NCBI GenBank assembly: GCA_964016885.1
Contig: OZ024746.1
Coordinates: forward strand, 73,098,001 to 73,162,000
DNA length: 64,000 nucleotides
Source: Eledone cirrhosa
Taxonomy: Eukaryota
Direction of reading: 5' to 3'
The number at the start of each line of letters is the position of its first letter. The first letter of the stretch is position 1. The notes below the pieces were generated by a model, which was not told the origin of the DNA, did no database searches, and saw nothing but the letters and a program-made list of their open reading frames with translations. Shown piece after piece: positions 40,069 through 52,433 of this stretch. The translations under genes and the position numbers were made by a program.

Positions 40069-43000
40069 TCAGCAGCAGGAACCTGACTGTCAACCAAATA
40101 CTGCTGATGTTGGAGGAAGAAGAAGAAGGAAAGGGGCCAGAACCAACTGGACGAAAGAATTGAATAGAACTGTTATGCAATGCTACCTGAAAAGTAACCC
40201 CAAGGAGAGGGGCTACAGGAGACGGATGCATAACATCTGGAACGAGATTGGTTTATTTAAATTAGATGAACAAAAATTGACCGGGCAGGCTCGGGTAATA
40301 AGAACTAATGGGTGGATAAGCGAGCTGGAACTGGAGGAACTGAGCAGAGAGAATGGCTTGGAGATGGCGGGTGTAGTATGCCAGACAAGCGAGCCGATGG
40401 GAAATGAAGGTGAGGAGGTCCTGAGAACGGAGGAACCACCCGAAGCAGACAATGATCTGAATACTGAGATAAATAATACCTGGAACAGAGATACGGCCAC
40501 TGAGAAGATGAATGCTGACGGGCTAGGACAAGATTCGGTTGACATCCTAAATCTAGTGGTAGATGAATTGAACAATGATAGTGGGAGACCTATGAACCTA
40601 AGATTTGTAGACAGGAAAAAGTTAAAAGAAACAACAGCTAAGGTAAACAAAGTCATCCCATACCTTGAGGCGAGGAGTCTTCACCAGTGCAACAATATCC
40701 TCAAAGCAACAGCAAATACGGTGAGGAAACTACTTGGTATAAAAGCGAGAGGAAACAACAGACAAGAAAGAGCAGAGCCGTGGTGGAAGAAGCGACTGAG
40801 TGGGCAAATCGGGGAAATGAGAAATGACATAGGAAAGCTTGAGTCACTACTGAATGGGACACTAAAAAACATAGGCACTAAAAATAGACTGGAAATAAAA
40901 TACAAAACTAGGAGTAAAAAGCTAAATATTATCATAGAGGAATTGAAGCAACGCATTGTAGCAAAGAGTGCCAAAATCAGGCGATACGAGAACAGAGTCA
41001 GTCAGTATAAACAGAACCGCATGTTCGACAACAACCAGAAGATGCTGTTTGGACAGCTTGAGGGGAAAGAAAGAGGCAACGACTTGATCCCTGGGGCGGA
41101 ACAAGCTAAAACATTCTGGAGAGGAATATGGGAGCAGGATGTTAGACACAATGCCCAGGCAGGGTGGATTGAGACAGTACAGAGGGAGATCGGTGAGAAG
41201 GCACAACAACAGACTGATTTGAGTATCACAGTTGAAACTCTTAAGGGGCAAGCCAAAAAACTAACCAACTGGAAATCACCAGGCCCAGATGGTGTGCAGG
41301 GGTATTGGATTAAACATTTAACATCCCTCCACCCGAAGCTGACGGCCATGTTCAATGACTGCTTGGTGTCGGGTGAGGTGCCAGAGTGGTTGACAAAAGG
41401 TACCACAGTTCTGATAATGAAAGACCGAATCAAGGGTAATGATGTTACCAACTATAGACCTATCACATGTCTGCCCGTAATGTGGAAACTGTTGACGAGC
41501 ATTGTGTCTGAGGAAATCTACCATCACCTCCACACAAACAACTTGCTACCGGACGAACAGAAAGGATGCCGAAAGAAGTCACGTGGTACAAAGGACCAGT
41601 TGCTTATTGATAAGATGGTAATGGGGAATTGCAGGAGGAGACACACTGATCTTGCCATGGGATGGATAGACTACAGAAAGGCATTTGACATGGTGCCTCA
41701 TTCCTGGATCACCAAAAGCCTGGAGATCTTCAGGGTGGCAGATAACATCAGACAGTTGCTGGGCAGGAGTATGGGGTCCTGGGAGACAGAGTTGACATCA
41801 ACTGGAGTATCCTTGGGAAGCGTGAAGATCAAGAGAGGTATCTTCCAGGGAGATAGCCTGTCCCCTCTGTTGTTTGTCCTTGCCCTGATGCCCTTGACCA
41901 TTATGCTGCGAAAAGTGAGAGCAGGATACAAGTTGGGAAGGGGAGAGCTTACCATCAATCACCTCCTCTTCATGGACGATCTTAAGCTCTTCGGGAAAAG
42001 TGAGAAGGAGTTGGATGTGCTTGTTGACACTGTCCGTATTTTCAGCAGTGATATATGTATGCAGTTTGGTATTGGTAAATGTGGAGTCATTGTGATGAAG
42101 AGGGGTAGGTTGAGCAGAAGTAACGGGATCCAGATACCAACAGGTGAGATGATAAAGGAAATTGACTCTGAGGAAGGATACAAGTATTTGGGCGTTCTGG
42201 AGGCTGATGGCATAAAGAACAAAAAAATGAAGGAATTGTTAAGAACTGAATACATTCGGAGAGTAAGGAGCGTATTGAAGTCACATCTGAACAGCAGAAA
42301 TGCCATAAGCGCAGTAAATTCCCGAGCTGTGTCTATTATTAGGTACAGTGCGGGAATTCTGAGATGGAATGTTGCTGAACAAAAAGAAATGGATAGGAAG
42401 ACTAGGAAGCTATTGACTATCTACAACATGTTCCACAAGAGGAGTGATGTCGATAGACTCTACCTAAGGAGATCTGAGGGTGGAAGAGGTCTTATCAGCA
42501 TAGAGGACTGTGTTCAGATGGAGAAAAACAACCTATACAAATACGTGACCTATAGTAAGGAGCCAATGCTCAGAACTGTACTGAAGGAGGGGACAGTAGG
42601 CCAGGGGATGTCCAAGGAGGAAATAACATCAAGGAGGAAGAGCAGCCTTAAGGGAAAATCCCTTCATAGTACCTTCTTTGAGAAAACTGAATTTAGAGAT
42701 CCACAGACATGGAACTGGTTGAGAAGAGGAGACCTCAAAAAGGCTACAGAAGGAATGCTAATGGCTGCGCAGGAGCAGGCCCTCAAAACGAAGTGGTTGA
42801 AGCACCATATCTACAAGGAGGAGGCTAGCCCACTGTGCAGGATCTGTGGAGAGAGAGAGGAGACTGTGGCTCACATTGTGTCCGAGTGTAAACACCTAGC
42901 CCAGACCCACTATAAGGGCTGGAGACACGATGTGATGGGCAGGGTGATCCACTGGCACCTGTGCAAAGTAAACAATCTACCACATTCTGAGAAATGGTAT

Positions 43001-43515
43001 GAGCATAGGCCAGAGGCGGTGATGGAGAACAGTCAGGTGAAGGTGCTGTGGGATTTTAGGATACAGACGGACAAAAAACTGGAACACAATAGACCTGACC
43101 TGGTGGTTGTGGACAAAGAAAAAAGATCGTGCCTGATTGTGGATGTGGCCTGCCCGTTCGACACGAGAGTGCAAGAGAAGGAGAGGGAGAAAATTAACCG
43201 ATACCAGGACCTAAAGTGGGAGGTGAAAAGGATTTGGAACTGCCATGAAGTCAAAGTGATCCCGATTGTCATAGGCGCACTGGGGACTATCTCCAAAGGT
43301 TTCCAGGGATGGTTAAAGAAAATCGGCCCCTTCACGCTTTTTGGAACGCTTCAAAAGGCATGCTTGCTTGGAACAGCAAGAACCCTCCGATACGTCCTGA
43401 ATATCTGAGGCTGCAGGTAGTGGCTTGATATTCAATCCAACGGACTTTCCAGTTAACCAACATCAATGACTGAGATTCAAGGAATAACAATAACAATAAT
43501 AATAATAATAATAAT
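40068..43515 (+). mobile_element. 5'-truncated R4/Dong copy
   Basis: Begins CTCAGCAGCAGG directly after (TAA)n, about 18 codons into the ORF of copy 1; same 3'UTR and tail. Confidence 0.92.
40160..43408 (+). CDS. RT-RLE protein of truncated Dong copy (frame open, native start lost)
   Basis: Differs from copy 1 at about five residues (A/T, V/M, L/P, G/S, V/I). Confidence 0.9.
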   Translation: MNRTVMQCYLKSNPKERGYRRRMHNIWNEIGLFKLDEQKLTGQARVIRTNGWISELELEELSRENGLEMAGVVCQTSEPMGNEGEEVLRTEEPPEADNDLNTEINNTWNRDTATEKMNADGLGQDSVDILNLVVDELNNDSGRPMNLRFVDRKKLKETTAKVNKVIPYLEARSLHQCNNILKATANTVRKLLGIKARGNNRQERAEPWWKKRLSGQIGEMRNDIGKLESLLNGTLKNIGTKNRLEIKYKTRSKKLNIIIEELKQRIVAKSAKIRRYENRVSQYKQNRMFDNNQKMLFGQLEGKERGNDLIPGAEQAKTFWRGIWEQDVRHNAQAGWIETVQREIGEKAQQQTDLSITVETLKGQAKKLTNWKSPGPDGVQGYWIKHLTSLHPKLTAMFNDCLVSGEVPEWLTKGTTVLIMKDRIKGNDVTNYRPITCLPVMWKLLTSIVSEEIYHHLHTNNLLPDEQKGCRKKSRGTKDQLLIDKMVMGNCRRRHTDLAMGWIDYRKAFDMVPHSWITKSLEIFRVADNIRQLLGRSMGSWETELTSTGVSLGSVKIKRGIFQGDSLSPLLFVLALMPLTIMLRKVRAGYKLGRGELTINHLLFMDDLKLFGKSEKELDVLVDTVRIFSSDICMQFGIGKCGVIVMKRGRLSRSNGIQIPTGEMIKEIDSEEGYKYLGVLEADGIKNKKMKELLRTEYIRRVRSVLKSHLNSRNAISAVNSRAVSIIRYSAGILRWNVAEQKEMDRKTRKLLTIYNMFHKRSDVDRLYLRRSEGGRGLISIEDCVQMEKNNLYKYVTYSKEPMLRTVLKEGTVGQGMSKEEITSRRKSSLKGKSLHSTFFEKTEFRDPQTWNWLRRGDLKKATEGMLMAAQEQALKTKWLKHHIYKEEASPLCRICGEREETVAHIVSECKHLAQTHYKGWRHDVMGRVIHWHLCKVNNLPHSEKWYEHRPEAVMENSQVKVLWDFRIQTDKKLEHNRPDLVVVDKEKRSCLIVDVACPFDTRVQEKEREKINRYQDLKWEVKRIWNCHEVKVIPIVIGALGTISKGFQGWLKKIGPFTLFGTLQKACLLGTARTLRYVLNI

Positions 43516-43603
43516 AGTAATAATAATAAATTTGAAGACTAAAATCCAAAGAGGGCTCGATAAGGATAAATATATATCAAATATATAAGAACCGATAAAA
43601 TAA

Positions 43604-43677
43604 CAGATTAAAGTTTAAGCAAAGAATCGCTGCTTTCACCCTTAACGGGATCTTCTGAAACTAACAAAGTCAATCTG
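43604..43677 (-). ncRNA. family B hammerhead variant (CAGAAGA core)
   Basis: CAGATT..AGTTT-CAGAAGA-T-CCC-GTTAA-GGG-T-GAA-AGCAG-CGATTCT-TTGCT-T-AAACT..AATCTG. Confidence 0.7.
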
Positions 43678-43859
43678 TAAACGCAGAAGTGGATATTTCA
43701 AAAAATGTTGCAACCGGAGGAAGACAGGAAGACGATACTTTGGTTCGTGGAAACGTTCGCTATGCAAATAGTAAAGGTATAAACAAAACATACTTAGCTC
43801 CCACACCAAGACGTAAAATATCCACGTATAAATCGTACTATCCGTTAGGGTATAACGTG

Positions 43860-44245
43860 GGGCTGTAATACAGGAAAGTTTTGTGCAATTTATGTTTACA
43901 AGCCGAAATTGCCTCAGATTTTTTGTTTAAGATGTGGTCTGTGGCGTAAGTATTTCCAGGGCCTCAGAGGTCACATGGTCTTTTATTTCCGTTATACGAT
44001 CTAGCCCTAGCTAGGATCTCCCAGTGTAACTTATATTGGGTGTGGTTGTCTTTTAGACTCCAGATATAAGCTGAAAGTTACGTCATATTCCTTCTTAGAG
44101 GGTAACGAAAAGAATGGGTATGCATGTAAAGACGCTGCTTGAATCTATTAGCGGTTACCCTATGTAGGCCCTACGGGACGTGGGTGTTACAACCTTACAT
44201 TTGTAGACAATGTTACTAGAGAGGCAATTCCCGGATAGGGGGCAA
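43860..44245 (-). pseudogene. PLE GIY-YIG endonuclease remnant (tentatively Naiad-like)
   Basis: CPLSGNCLSSNIVYKCKVVT..RAYIG/ANRFKQRLYMHTHSFRY..LSAYIWSLKD..LHWEILARARSY..PCDL/EALEIL/LNKKSEAISACKH. Confidence 0.85.
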
Positions 44246-44377
44246 TCAACCCGTCTTCCTCCGGTTGCAACGTTTTTTGAAATATCCACTTCTGCGTTTA
44301 CAGATTGACTTTGTTTGTTTAAGAAGATCCCGTTAAGGGTGAAAGTAGCGATTCTTTGCTTAAACTTTAATCTGTTA

Positions 44378-44477
<100 letters not shown>

Positions 44478-45112
44478 TACATATACATATAGATATATGT
44501 GTGTGAAGAATAAATTACACTGTAAAGGAAAAAAGAAGAGATATCTGAAAAATATCTTTTTTTAAATGTTACATGCGAAACACGTAAAAACTCATATAAT
44601 CTTCAATTGCTTTCGGTTATCTGCGCGTTTTGGCTTTCTTTTTGGGTGTTTAGGTGCTGAAGGAGGATAGCAGGTCGGTTAATATGTTTGCGTCTAAAAA
44701 TAAACTGCTCTGTCTCAACATTAGTCACCTAGCGAATGGAGCCATTAAACTGTGAGTAGCAACACGTGAAATTTCTGATCTGAATAACTGAATAAATAAA
44801 TATACATCCTACCACTGCATTATTTCAGCTAACAATGTTATTATTGGCGTGAGTGTCTATTTCCTCCAAATCCATTATCGTTGCGCAGTAGAATCCATTA
44901 TATTGCAAAATGACCTATTCATAATCACACACGCAAGCATAGATTGAAGATATTATATCGTTCACGAATAGTTTGGGAGATTCTGTTACATATACGAATA
45001 CATGTATAAACCAATGCGTATACGCACACAAACATTCACAAATACACACACACACATACGCGCTCACAAATATGCAAACTCAAACACACAGACACACATA
45101 TAATACAGATAG

Positions 45113-45152
<40 letters not shown>

Positions 45153-45157
<5 letters not shown>

Positions 45158-45384
45158 TAAAATAACAGATTAAAGTTTAAGCAAAGAATCGCTGCTTTCA
45201 CCCTTAACGGGATCTTCTGAAACTCAGAGTTTCAGAAGATCCCGTTAAGGGTAAAAGCAACGATTCTTTGCTTAAACTTTAATCTGTTATTTTAATAAAT
45301 ATTTGCTCTACGGTTCTTATATATTTGATATATATTTTCCTTATCGAGCCCTCTTTGGATTTTAGTCTTCAATTTTATTATTAT

Positions 45385-45389
<5 letters not shown>
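45153..45389. mobile_element. fold-back PLE end, family B
   Basis: Arms centred near 45225 (AAACTC-A-GAGTTT), tail on the right, (TA)n flanks. Confidence 0.8.
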
Positions 45390-45439
<50 letters not shown>

Positions 45440-45660
45440 AAGTGGTAACACAACAGTGTTTCACCTTAACGGATCTTCAGCTCGTAATGGAATGGACATG
45501 GTTATACGGCCGTATAACCATGTCCATTACGAGCTGAAGATCCGCTAAGGTGAAACAATTGTTCTCGGTATGGTGAACTAACTGTTGTGTTACCACTTCT
45601 ACCTAACTCGTCCTTTGGACTGAGTGCTCTACCACTACCGATATTACCTTCCAGTGTTCT
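45440..45660. mobile_element. fold-back PLE end, family C, with hammerhead at 45530-45567 (+)
   Basis: Centre TATACGG/CCGTATA at 45509/45510; CGAG-CTGAAGA-TCCGCTAAGGT-GAAAC-AATT-GTT-CTCG. Confidence 0.8.
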
Positions 45661-45663
45661 CTC

Positions 45664-45696
<33 letters not shown>

Positions 45697-46700
45697 TCAA
45701 TCACATATTTTTTTATTTGTTTGACCCGAATTACTTGGTCGTTTCTATGGCTATGCGGATGACGGTTTAACCATCGCCTCAGTGTGTTTGGCCTTTAACG
45801 TATGTTGTAGCTCTAGCCCGTCAGAATTATTGAGCGCTTGCCACACATCTCGGAAGTTGTTTTTCGCTAATTCCAAAACCGAAATACGATTCTCGCTAAT
45901 TTATATTTGTATATATATATATATATATATATTGGTTTACGAAGCTTATGGTAGGGAATCGGGGCAGCTTCGGCGGTCTCTTACTCTCTCAATGATATAA
46001 CAAGGTTTGTACGATAAGAGTACAAACCAATTACCTAGAGTGCACACATACGTTAATCAGTAAAATAAACGACTATGTGTGTGGGTAATATTTGTATATC
46101 ATCATACACCTGGACTGATAAGCAGTCTCTGTGCTCCTGTCAGTATCTCTTCCATTAACCTTGCTCATCACACCCCCTACACACCAATACACCCTCCACC
46201 TCTTCACCAACATAAACCCACACATCAACACAATTTATCAGTTAAATCCATATGACCCACTTACACTTTTAACCCCTCTCACGGCACTAACTAATTAACT
46301 AACAGACAATCCCACTCACCACTAACCCTACTAACCCCCGTCTACCTTCACACCGCACCCTTCTACCACCCACACACATACGAACCACCCCACCGGCTAA
46401 TACTACTAACAATCTACCTTCGCTTCTCGCCACTCCACCAATAATACACACATACTCACCCACAACTAACATCTAACAACCTCATCTAATACTACATTCA
46501 CCCCTGTACCACCAATACACACACACACACTCACACACGCGCGCACACACATACACACCCTTCACCCCTCTCTCTCCCCCACCTGACTACTTTCTTTCTG
46601 ACCACTTCACTAACAACAGCTCACTGAACATATCATATCTATTAGACACCGGAATACACGTGGATATTCAGATACACACACACAGTCATACCAATACAGA

Positions 46701-46763
<63 letters not shown>

Positions 46764-46778
46764 TCACACACACTCGCG

Positions 46779-46810
<32 letters not shown>

Positions 46811-47140
46811 TACATACACACACGCGCACACACTCGCACAGACACACTCGCACACACACACACACACTCGCACGGACGCACACACACACACACACACATA
46901 CACACTCACACACACCAGTGTGCACACATCAACAATATAAGACACAGAGAGGCATGCACGTGTATACACGCATAAACTGAAGCAATAATACACACCTACC
47001 AATTTCACCCCAACGGCACTCACACAACCACACTCATGACACACCTGGGCTCTCCACTTCGCCCCCTCCATTTCCGAATATCGGACCACTCGCCTACCGT
47101 CCCTAACCTTTCTCTGACAATATTTTCCAAACTTTCATGC

Positions 47141-47336
47141 ACTTCCCTGTTTTTTCCCTAAATTTCCCTGTTTTTTCCCTAAATTTCCCTGTTTTTTCCC
47201 TACATTTCCCTATTTCTTCCCTAGATTTCCCTGTTTTTTCCCTAAATTTCCCTGTTTTTTCCCTAAATTTCCCTGTTTTTTCCCTACATTTCCCTGTTTT
47301 TTCCCTAAATTTCCCTTTTTTTCCCCTACATTTCCT
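47141..47336. repeat. 21-bp minisatellite
   Basis: About 9 copies of TTCCCTGTTTTTTCCCTAAAT. Confidence 0.85.
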
Positions 47337-47648
47337 GATGAAAGACTTCTGTCAGAAATGTAGAATTTTCATTCACTTCTTCCTAAGCATGATCCTAGAG
47401 AGACTTTGTATTTTTGAATCCCTGTGTTTGTTTTGTTTTATTTGTTCAACAGAGTCAGGATCGATCATTAATCGATAGTTCTTCGAGCCGATCGGCAGTG
47501 AAACATGTGTAATATGCAATTAAATATGTATATGATGCAACACTGATTTTTGTTCCCTTATATTATATATATATATATACTGTTTTACCCTTTTACCTGT
47601 TACAGCCACCCGGCTGAGGCCATGCTGGGGCACCGGCCTTATATGTAT

Positions 47649-47700
<52 letters not shown>

Positions 47701-47836
47701 AAAAGTTAAACAAGGTTCATTGATTAATCAATGAATATAGTTTTACAATAGATTAGTAGCACTCAACAGTCGAAAATTTTCTGCCAAGACTGGAATTGAA
47801 CCATCAGCACAGTTGAGGTATGTCATACATCAATTT

Positions 47837-47908
47837 ATATATTTTATCTGATGAGGACGTACTGAAAAAATAGCACAGTACCTCCGAAATATATATAATA
47901 AAATATAT
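47837..47908 (+). ncRNA. canonical-core type I hammerhead ribozyme
   Basis: ATATATTTTAT-CTGATGA-GGACGTACTG..CAGTACCTCC-GAAAT-ATAT-AT-A-ATAAAATATAT; 11-bp stem I, G-C at the base of stem II. Confidence 0.85.
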
Positions 47909-47990
47909 TTTGATTACGTTTATTAATATTTTGAATTAATATTATATATATATATATATGCGTGTATATATATATATGTATATATATATG

Positions 47991-48023
<33 letters not shown>

Positions 48024-48060
48024 GTATATATATATGTATATATATATATGAATATATACA

Positions 48061-48128
<68 letters not shown>

Positions 48129-48590
48129 TTTATATACACATATTTGTGTATCTTTGCATTAATCTGTGAATGTGTATATACTTCTATGTTCGTATGAAGG
48201 CGTTTTTATATATGCGGATGTATATATATTGTCCGTAAATATATCAATATTTGTTTAAATGTGTGTGAGCGTATAGATATGTGTATGCATATGAGTATTC
48301 ATTTATATTTGCGTCTGTTTTTGCAAATGTGCGTGTTTGCTTGTGAGTGTGTGTGTATTTGTGTGTGTAGGCATGTATGTATGTATGTATGTATGTATGT
48401 ATGTCTATATGTATGTATGTGTGTGTTCGTGTGTGTGTGTGTGTGTTAGAATATTTGCAAGTTCTCTAAAGAAATATAACAATCCACTAATCCACTTGAT
48501 CCTTCGCCAATTCATAACATTTTATTATTGTTTGTTCTATCAAACGAAATCCTGTACTCAACACATTACGTAGTTTGATGAACACAAAAC

Positions 48591-48648
<58 letters not shown>

Positions 48649-48677
48649 TAATAATAATAATAATGATAATAATAATG

Positions 48678-48717
<40 letters not shown>

Positions 48718-48978
48718 TTTCTTTATTAACCACAAGGGTTTACATAAAGTAGACATTAAGGACAGTGCAGGACAATGCAGGACGGTACAAATGGGCATTT
48801 CTGCGTGTAAAAAAAACAAAAATAGAGGATGTAACAAAAATAACAATGAAAATAACAATGAAAAATTCCCCAATAGGGGGGAGACTTCGGAGGGACATTT
48901 GTGGAGAAAGCCCAGTAAAAAGCCACAATGACCCTGACCACCAAGGCAAGTGCCCTCTCCCAGTTTTCCACCTTTAGT

Positions 48979-51900
48979 TTACAGATATATACTCAGAGTC
49001 GGCCCATTCACTCGGGCCATTCTTGCTTCTCTCACCCATCTTTCAACAAAATGCTGGGAAGAGAGCACTTCCTTCTCTACTCTGATTTTCCTTTTCAAAT
49101 GAAATTTGAAAAAGTCAATCAGAGCATCACCGAAGAGGTAAGTGCTCGTCTTCAGCCCTTTCAAACGTGTCCACCATACTATCTCTTTCGCCATGGCCAC
49201 CAGACAGATAAAAACTGCCTGCCCTTCCCGGCTAAAGGAGGAGGGCGGGGCAATCCTCACGATAGACTCAGATGATAGCTGGATCCGTCCTAAACGCGAC
49301 AGCAGGTGTTCGACATAAACCCACAAGTCAGCAATTTTCGGACACTGGACGAGTGCGTGCAGGACGGTTTCGTCGCCCTGCGCGCATCTCGGACATGCCC
49401 GGCTGACGGCACCTCCATGCCTGTAGAGTTTATCCCGAACTGGCAAGGCTCCTCGGTAGCACTGCCAGGCCAGAGATTTCTGGAAGTTGTCCATAGGCCC
49501 TGGCCCGAAAGTTCTTCCGAAGAGATTGGCTAGTTGATTTTCGTCGACGCCTAGAGTTTCCCCAAGTACGTCGTCGCTCTTCCCCTCCACTAATCCTCTA
49601 TAGAACGCCGAGGTGGAGTTTCCACCGATCACATTGCCCGATTGGTCGAGGGCTGTGAGCGCCTGAAGACATTCCAGTCTCCAGGCGCTCCCTCTCGGTC
49701 TTCGCTTGACCCAGGACTGCAGCTCCGTCAAGGAAACGAGCTGGGGAAAAACGCGTCTAGCAAACGGCGACCACACCTGATCACCGTCGAGGAAGAGGTG
49801 GAGATGTCGTAGCCTGAGCGCGTGCCTGCGCATCATCAGCCACGGCATGCCCAGCCCTCCACGTAGCGGGTGTTGACAACAGATGGACCGCCTGACCATC
49901 GGAGCACGTCCCTTCCACAAAAAGCGAAAGAGCAAACGCTCCAGCGCAGTCAGGCGAGGCTTAGGACAAGGTACGACGGTTAGGCGGTAGCAGATGACAG
50001 ACGCGATGTACGCGTTAGCCACCTCCGCTCGACCTTTCAGGGATAGCTTCCTCTCCGCCCATTTCTGGGTGAGAGAAGCCACCCTGCTCGTCACCTCGTC
50101 CCAGTTTTTGTCCGTCTGGAGGTCCGGACCGAACCAGACCCCTAGCAATTTAACCGGTCCGTCCGTCCAGCGCCCGACGACGCTGTTGGACGGCATGGAC
50201 CTGCCTCTCCAGGTGCCGAGCTGCAGGCCCACTGACTTTTCCTGGTTGATCATTGCTCCTGTCACCGCTTCGTATTCTCTTAGTGTAGTGCCGATCGCCT
50301 CGATGTGTTTGGCGTTCGACACCACTACGGTGACATCGTCCGCATATGCTGACACGGATCTTCCGCATCCTAGTTCGCGCGGGACTCCTCTCAACGTCTC
50401 CAGTTTGTGCAGTAATGGCTCGAGAGTCAATACGTACAAGAGGGACGAGAGGGGACATCCTTGGCGGACCGAGCGCATGATGTTGAACGGTTCCGACAGG
50501 TGACCGTTCACTCTCACCACAGAGCAGATGTCGCTGTGCATGGCAGCGATCCAGCCTCTGAAGACGGGCCCAAAGCCAGCCGCCCTCAGGACTGCCGCTA
50601 GGTAACGATGGTCGACCCTATCGAAAGCTTTCGACTGATCTAAATTGATCAAGGACCCACCCGTGCCAGGTTCCCTAGCTACCCTCTCTACGATGTATCG
50701 CATGAGGTGGAGGTTGTCGTGGATGGATCTGTCGGGAATGGCGCATGTCTGCGCCTCTCCCACCAGACCACCAACGACAAGCGCCAACCTCTTTGCTAGC
50801 ACCTTGGCCAAAATCTTAAACTCTGTGTTTAGCAGAGTTATGGGCCGGAAATTGTCTATGTTATCCCCCTTGTTCGGATCCTTTCTCAGCAGTGCCACCG
50901 CTCCTCGGCTCACAGAACTGGGAATTCTCCCGTTCTGTTGCCAGTTGCAGTAGACGTCCGCCAAGAGGCCTCCGAACAAGTCTGGCATCTGTACGTAAAG
51001 TTCATAGGGCAGACCATCCAAACCAGGCGATTTACCCCTTGTGCAGCCAGTCATTGCCTCCCTTACTTCAGCGGCTGTTATCGGCTTTTCGCAACACTTC
51101 GCCTCAGTGGCCGAGAGCCGCGGCAGTCCGTCGAGGTAGACACTAAAGTCCATCCCTCTACCCGGCCCCCCGCTGCCCCCGAACAGCTGAGCGAAGTGTC
51201 GCTGAAAAGCTTCACACATTTGCCCGGGATCGAGTAGCATGCGCCCGTCGTGGTCCACCAAAGACCGGATCGTGGCTTTGTTGCCACGACGCGCCTCCGC
51301 CACTCGGGCCCATTGAACGGCTTTCGTCCCCTCGTGTCTGAGAGCACGCACCCTAGCTCTGACAACGCAGCCTTCGTGCTTTGCATTGAAGAATTGGTCA
51401 AGGGCCAATTTCGCCGCAAGCACGTCGGTCGCAATGCCTTTGCTAAGCGCCTCGTCTAATTTTCTAACTAGTTCTCCCTCTGCTCTATTTTTCTCTATTG
51501 CTAAAGCCTTACTAAACCTAATCGATTCTATTCTAATCGCTCTTTTCAGAGCAAACCACCACTTGTTGTTGACGATGGCCCCCGTCAACGCCCGCTTAAC
51601 TAGTTCGCTAATCCGGTCTCTGTAGGCCTTGCGCGCTGGTAAGGACGCGTTTAGCTTCCAGTAGCCGGGTCCTCGTCTATGAAGCCTATCTAAGTCAAGC
51701 ACACAGATCACGAATTTGTGGTCCGTGTAGCTGACTATCTTGAATTGTGGACAGCCTATGCTAGACCTATCTATTTCCCTACAAAATACTCTATCTAGAT
51801 ATGATCTGGATGACCCTATGCGGTTTGTCCAAGTCCACATTGGCACATTCGGGAAATCCAATCGGTACCTGTCAGACAGTTCAAAACGCCTGAGCAGGTT

Positions 51901-52398
51901 GGTGAGGCTCTTGCACCCTCCACCCCTATCCGCTAATCCCACACAGTCCCAGCGTGCATCTAAGATCCCGTTCCAGTCGCCCACTAACACTAAAGAGCGC
52001 GACGTTCCAAGAAAGGTCTCCAGACGCCGGAAGAAATCAGGCCGCCCTGCTCCTGTCGGGGCATAGACGGCCACTAGCCTGAAAGCTTGCCCGTCTCCGC
52101 TGGTCACGTCCAGCACCACCAGCTTACCCTCTGGGTCCAGGAAGATGGCCCGTATGGCGAGATCCAAACCTCTCCGAAAAAGCACAGCAACTCCTCCACC
52201 CGATCCAGGACGGCTGGGAGATGCGTACACATCGTAGCCGCCGAAGATCGGTGCGAAGGCCCGTGCTTCGGAGATTCTGGTCTCGCTGATGGCCACTACA
52301 TCTATGTTTAGTGACCTGAGGTCGTTGAGCAGGTGACCCTGCTTCCATGACGACCCCAAGCCACGCGCATTTATGCTGCCTATTCTGAGTGAGGTCAT
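48979..52398 (-). CDS. ORF2: apurinic endonuclease, reverse transcriptase, C-terminal zinc finger
   Basis: NARG, ISET, VYAP, GDWN, YLDR, TDHK; SPGLDG, FRPITLLN, DQSKAFDRV, RQGCPLS, YADD; CPRC..ETVLHALVQC. Confidence 0.95.
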   Translation of the reverse strand: MTSLRIGSINARGLGSSWKQGHLLNDLRSLNIDVVAISETRISEARAFAPIFGGYDVYASPSRPGSGGGVAVLFRRGLDLAIRAIFLDPEGKLVVLDVTSGDGQAFRLVAVYAPTGAGRPDFFRRLETFLGTSRSLVLVGDWNGILDARWDCVGLADRGGGCKSLTNLLRRFELSDRYRLDFPNVPMWTWTNRIGSSRSYLDRVFCREIDRSSIGCPQFKIVSYTDHKFVICVLDLDRLHRRGPGYWKLNASLPARKAYRDRISELVKRALTGAIVNNKWWFALKRAIRIESIRFSKALAIEKNRAEGELVRKLDEALSKGIATDVLAAKLALDQFFNAKHEGCVVRARVRALRHEGTKAVQWARVAEARRGNKATIRSLVDHDGRMLLDPGQMCEAFQRHFAQLFGGSGGPGRGMDFSVYLDGLPRLSATEAKCCEKPITAAEVREAMTGCTRGKSPGLDGLPYELYVQMPDLFGGLLADVYCNWQQNGRIPSSVSRGAVALLRKDPNKGDNIDNFRPITLLNTEFKILAKVLAKRLALVVGGLVGEAQTCAIPDRSIHDNLHLMRYIVERVAREPGTGGSLINLDQSKAFDRVDHRYLAAVLRAAGFGPVFRGWIAAMHSDICSVVRVNGHLSEPFNIMRSVRQGCPLSSLLYVLTLEPLLHKLETLRGVPRELGCGRSVSAYADDVTVVVSNAKHIEAIGTTLREYEAVTGAMINQEKSVGLQLGTWRGRSMPSNSVVGRWTDGPVKLLGVWFGPDLQTDKNWDEVTSRVASLTQKWAERKLSLKGRAEVANAYIASVICYRLTVVPCPKPRLTALERLLFRFLWKGRAPMVRRSICCQHPLRGGLGMPWLMMRRHALRLRHLHLFLDGDQVWSPFARRVFPQLVSLTELQSWVKRRPRGSAWRLECLQALTALDQSGNVIGGNSTSAFYRGLVEGKSDDVLGETLGVDENQLANLFGRTFGPGPMDNFQKSLAWQCYRGALPVRDKLYRHGGAVSRACPRCAQGDETVLHALVQCPKIADLWVYVEHLLSRLGRIQLSSESIVRIAPPSSFSREGQAVFICLVAMAKEIVWWTRLKGLKTSTYLFGDALIDFFKFHLKRKIRVEKEVLSSQHFVERWVREARMARVNGPTLSIYL

Positions 52399-52433
52399 GT
52401 TTAAAATAGAGTGGAAAAGATGGGAAAGACCAC

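Noticed and set aside
43960-43980. TGA at the second Cys of C-D-L-C in the GIY-YIG remnant as selenocysteine
   Set aside because: The frame shifts at this point and residues before EALEIL are missing, so a small deletion explains it; no SECIS was seen.
47141-47336. CRISPR-like array
   Set aside because: Contiguous tandem units with no unique spacers, in a eukaryotic context; the same applies to 62552-62815.
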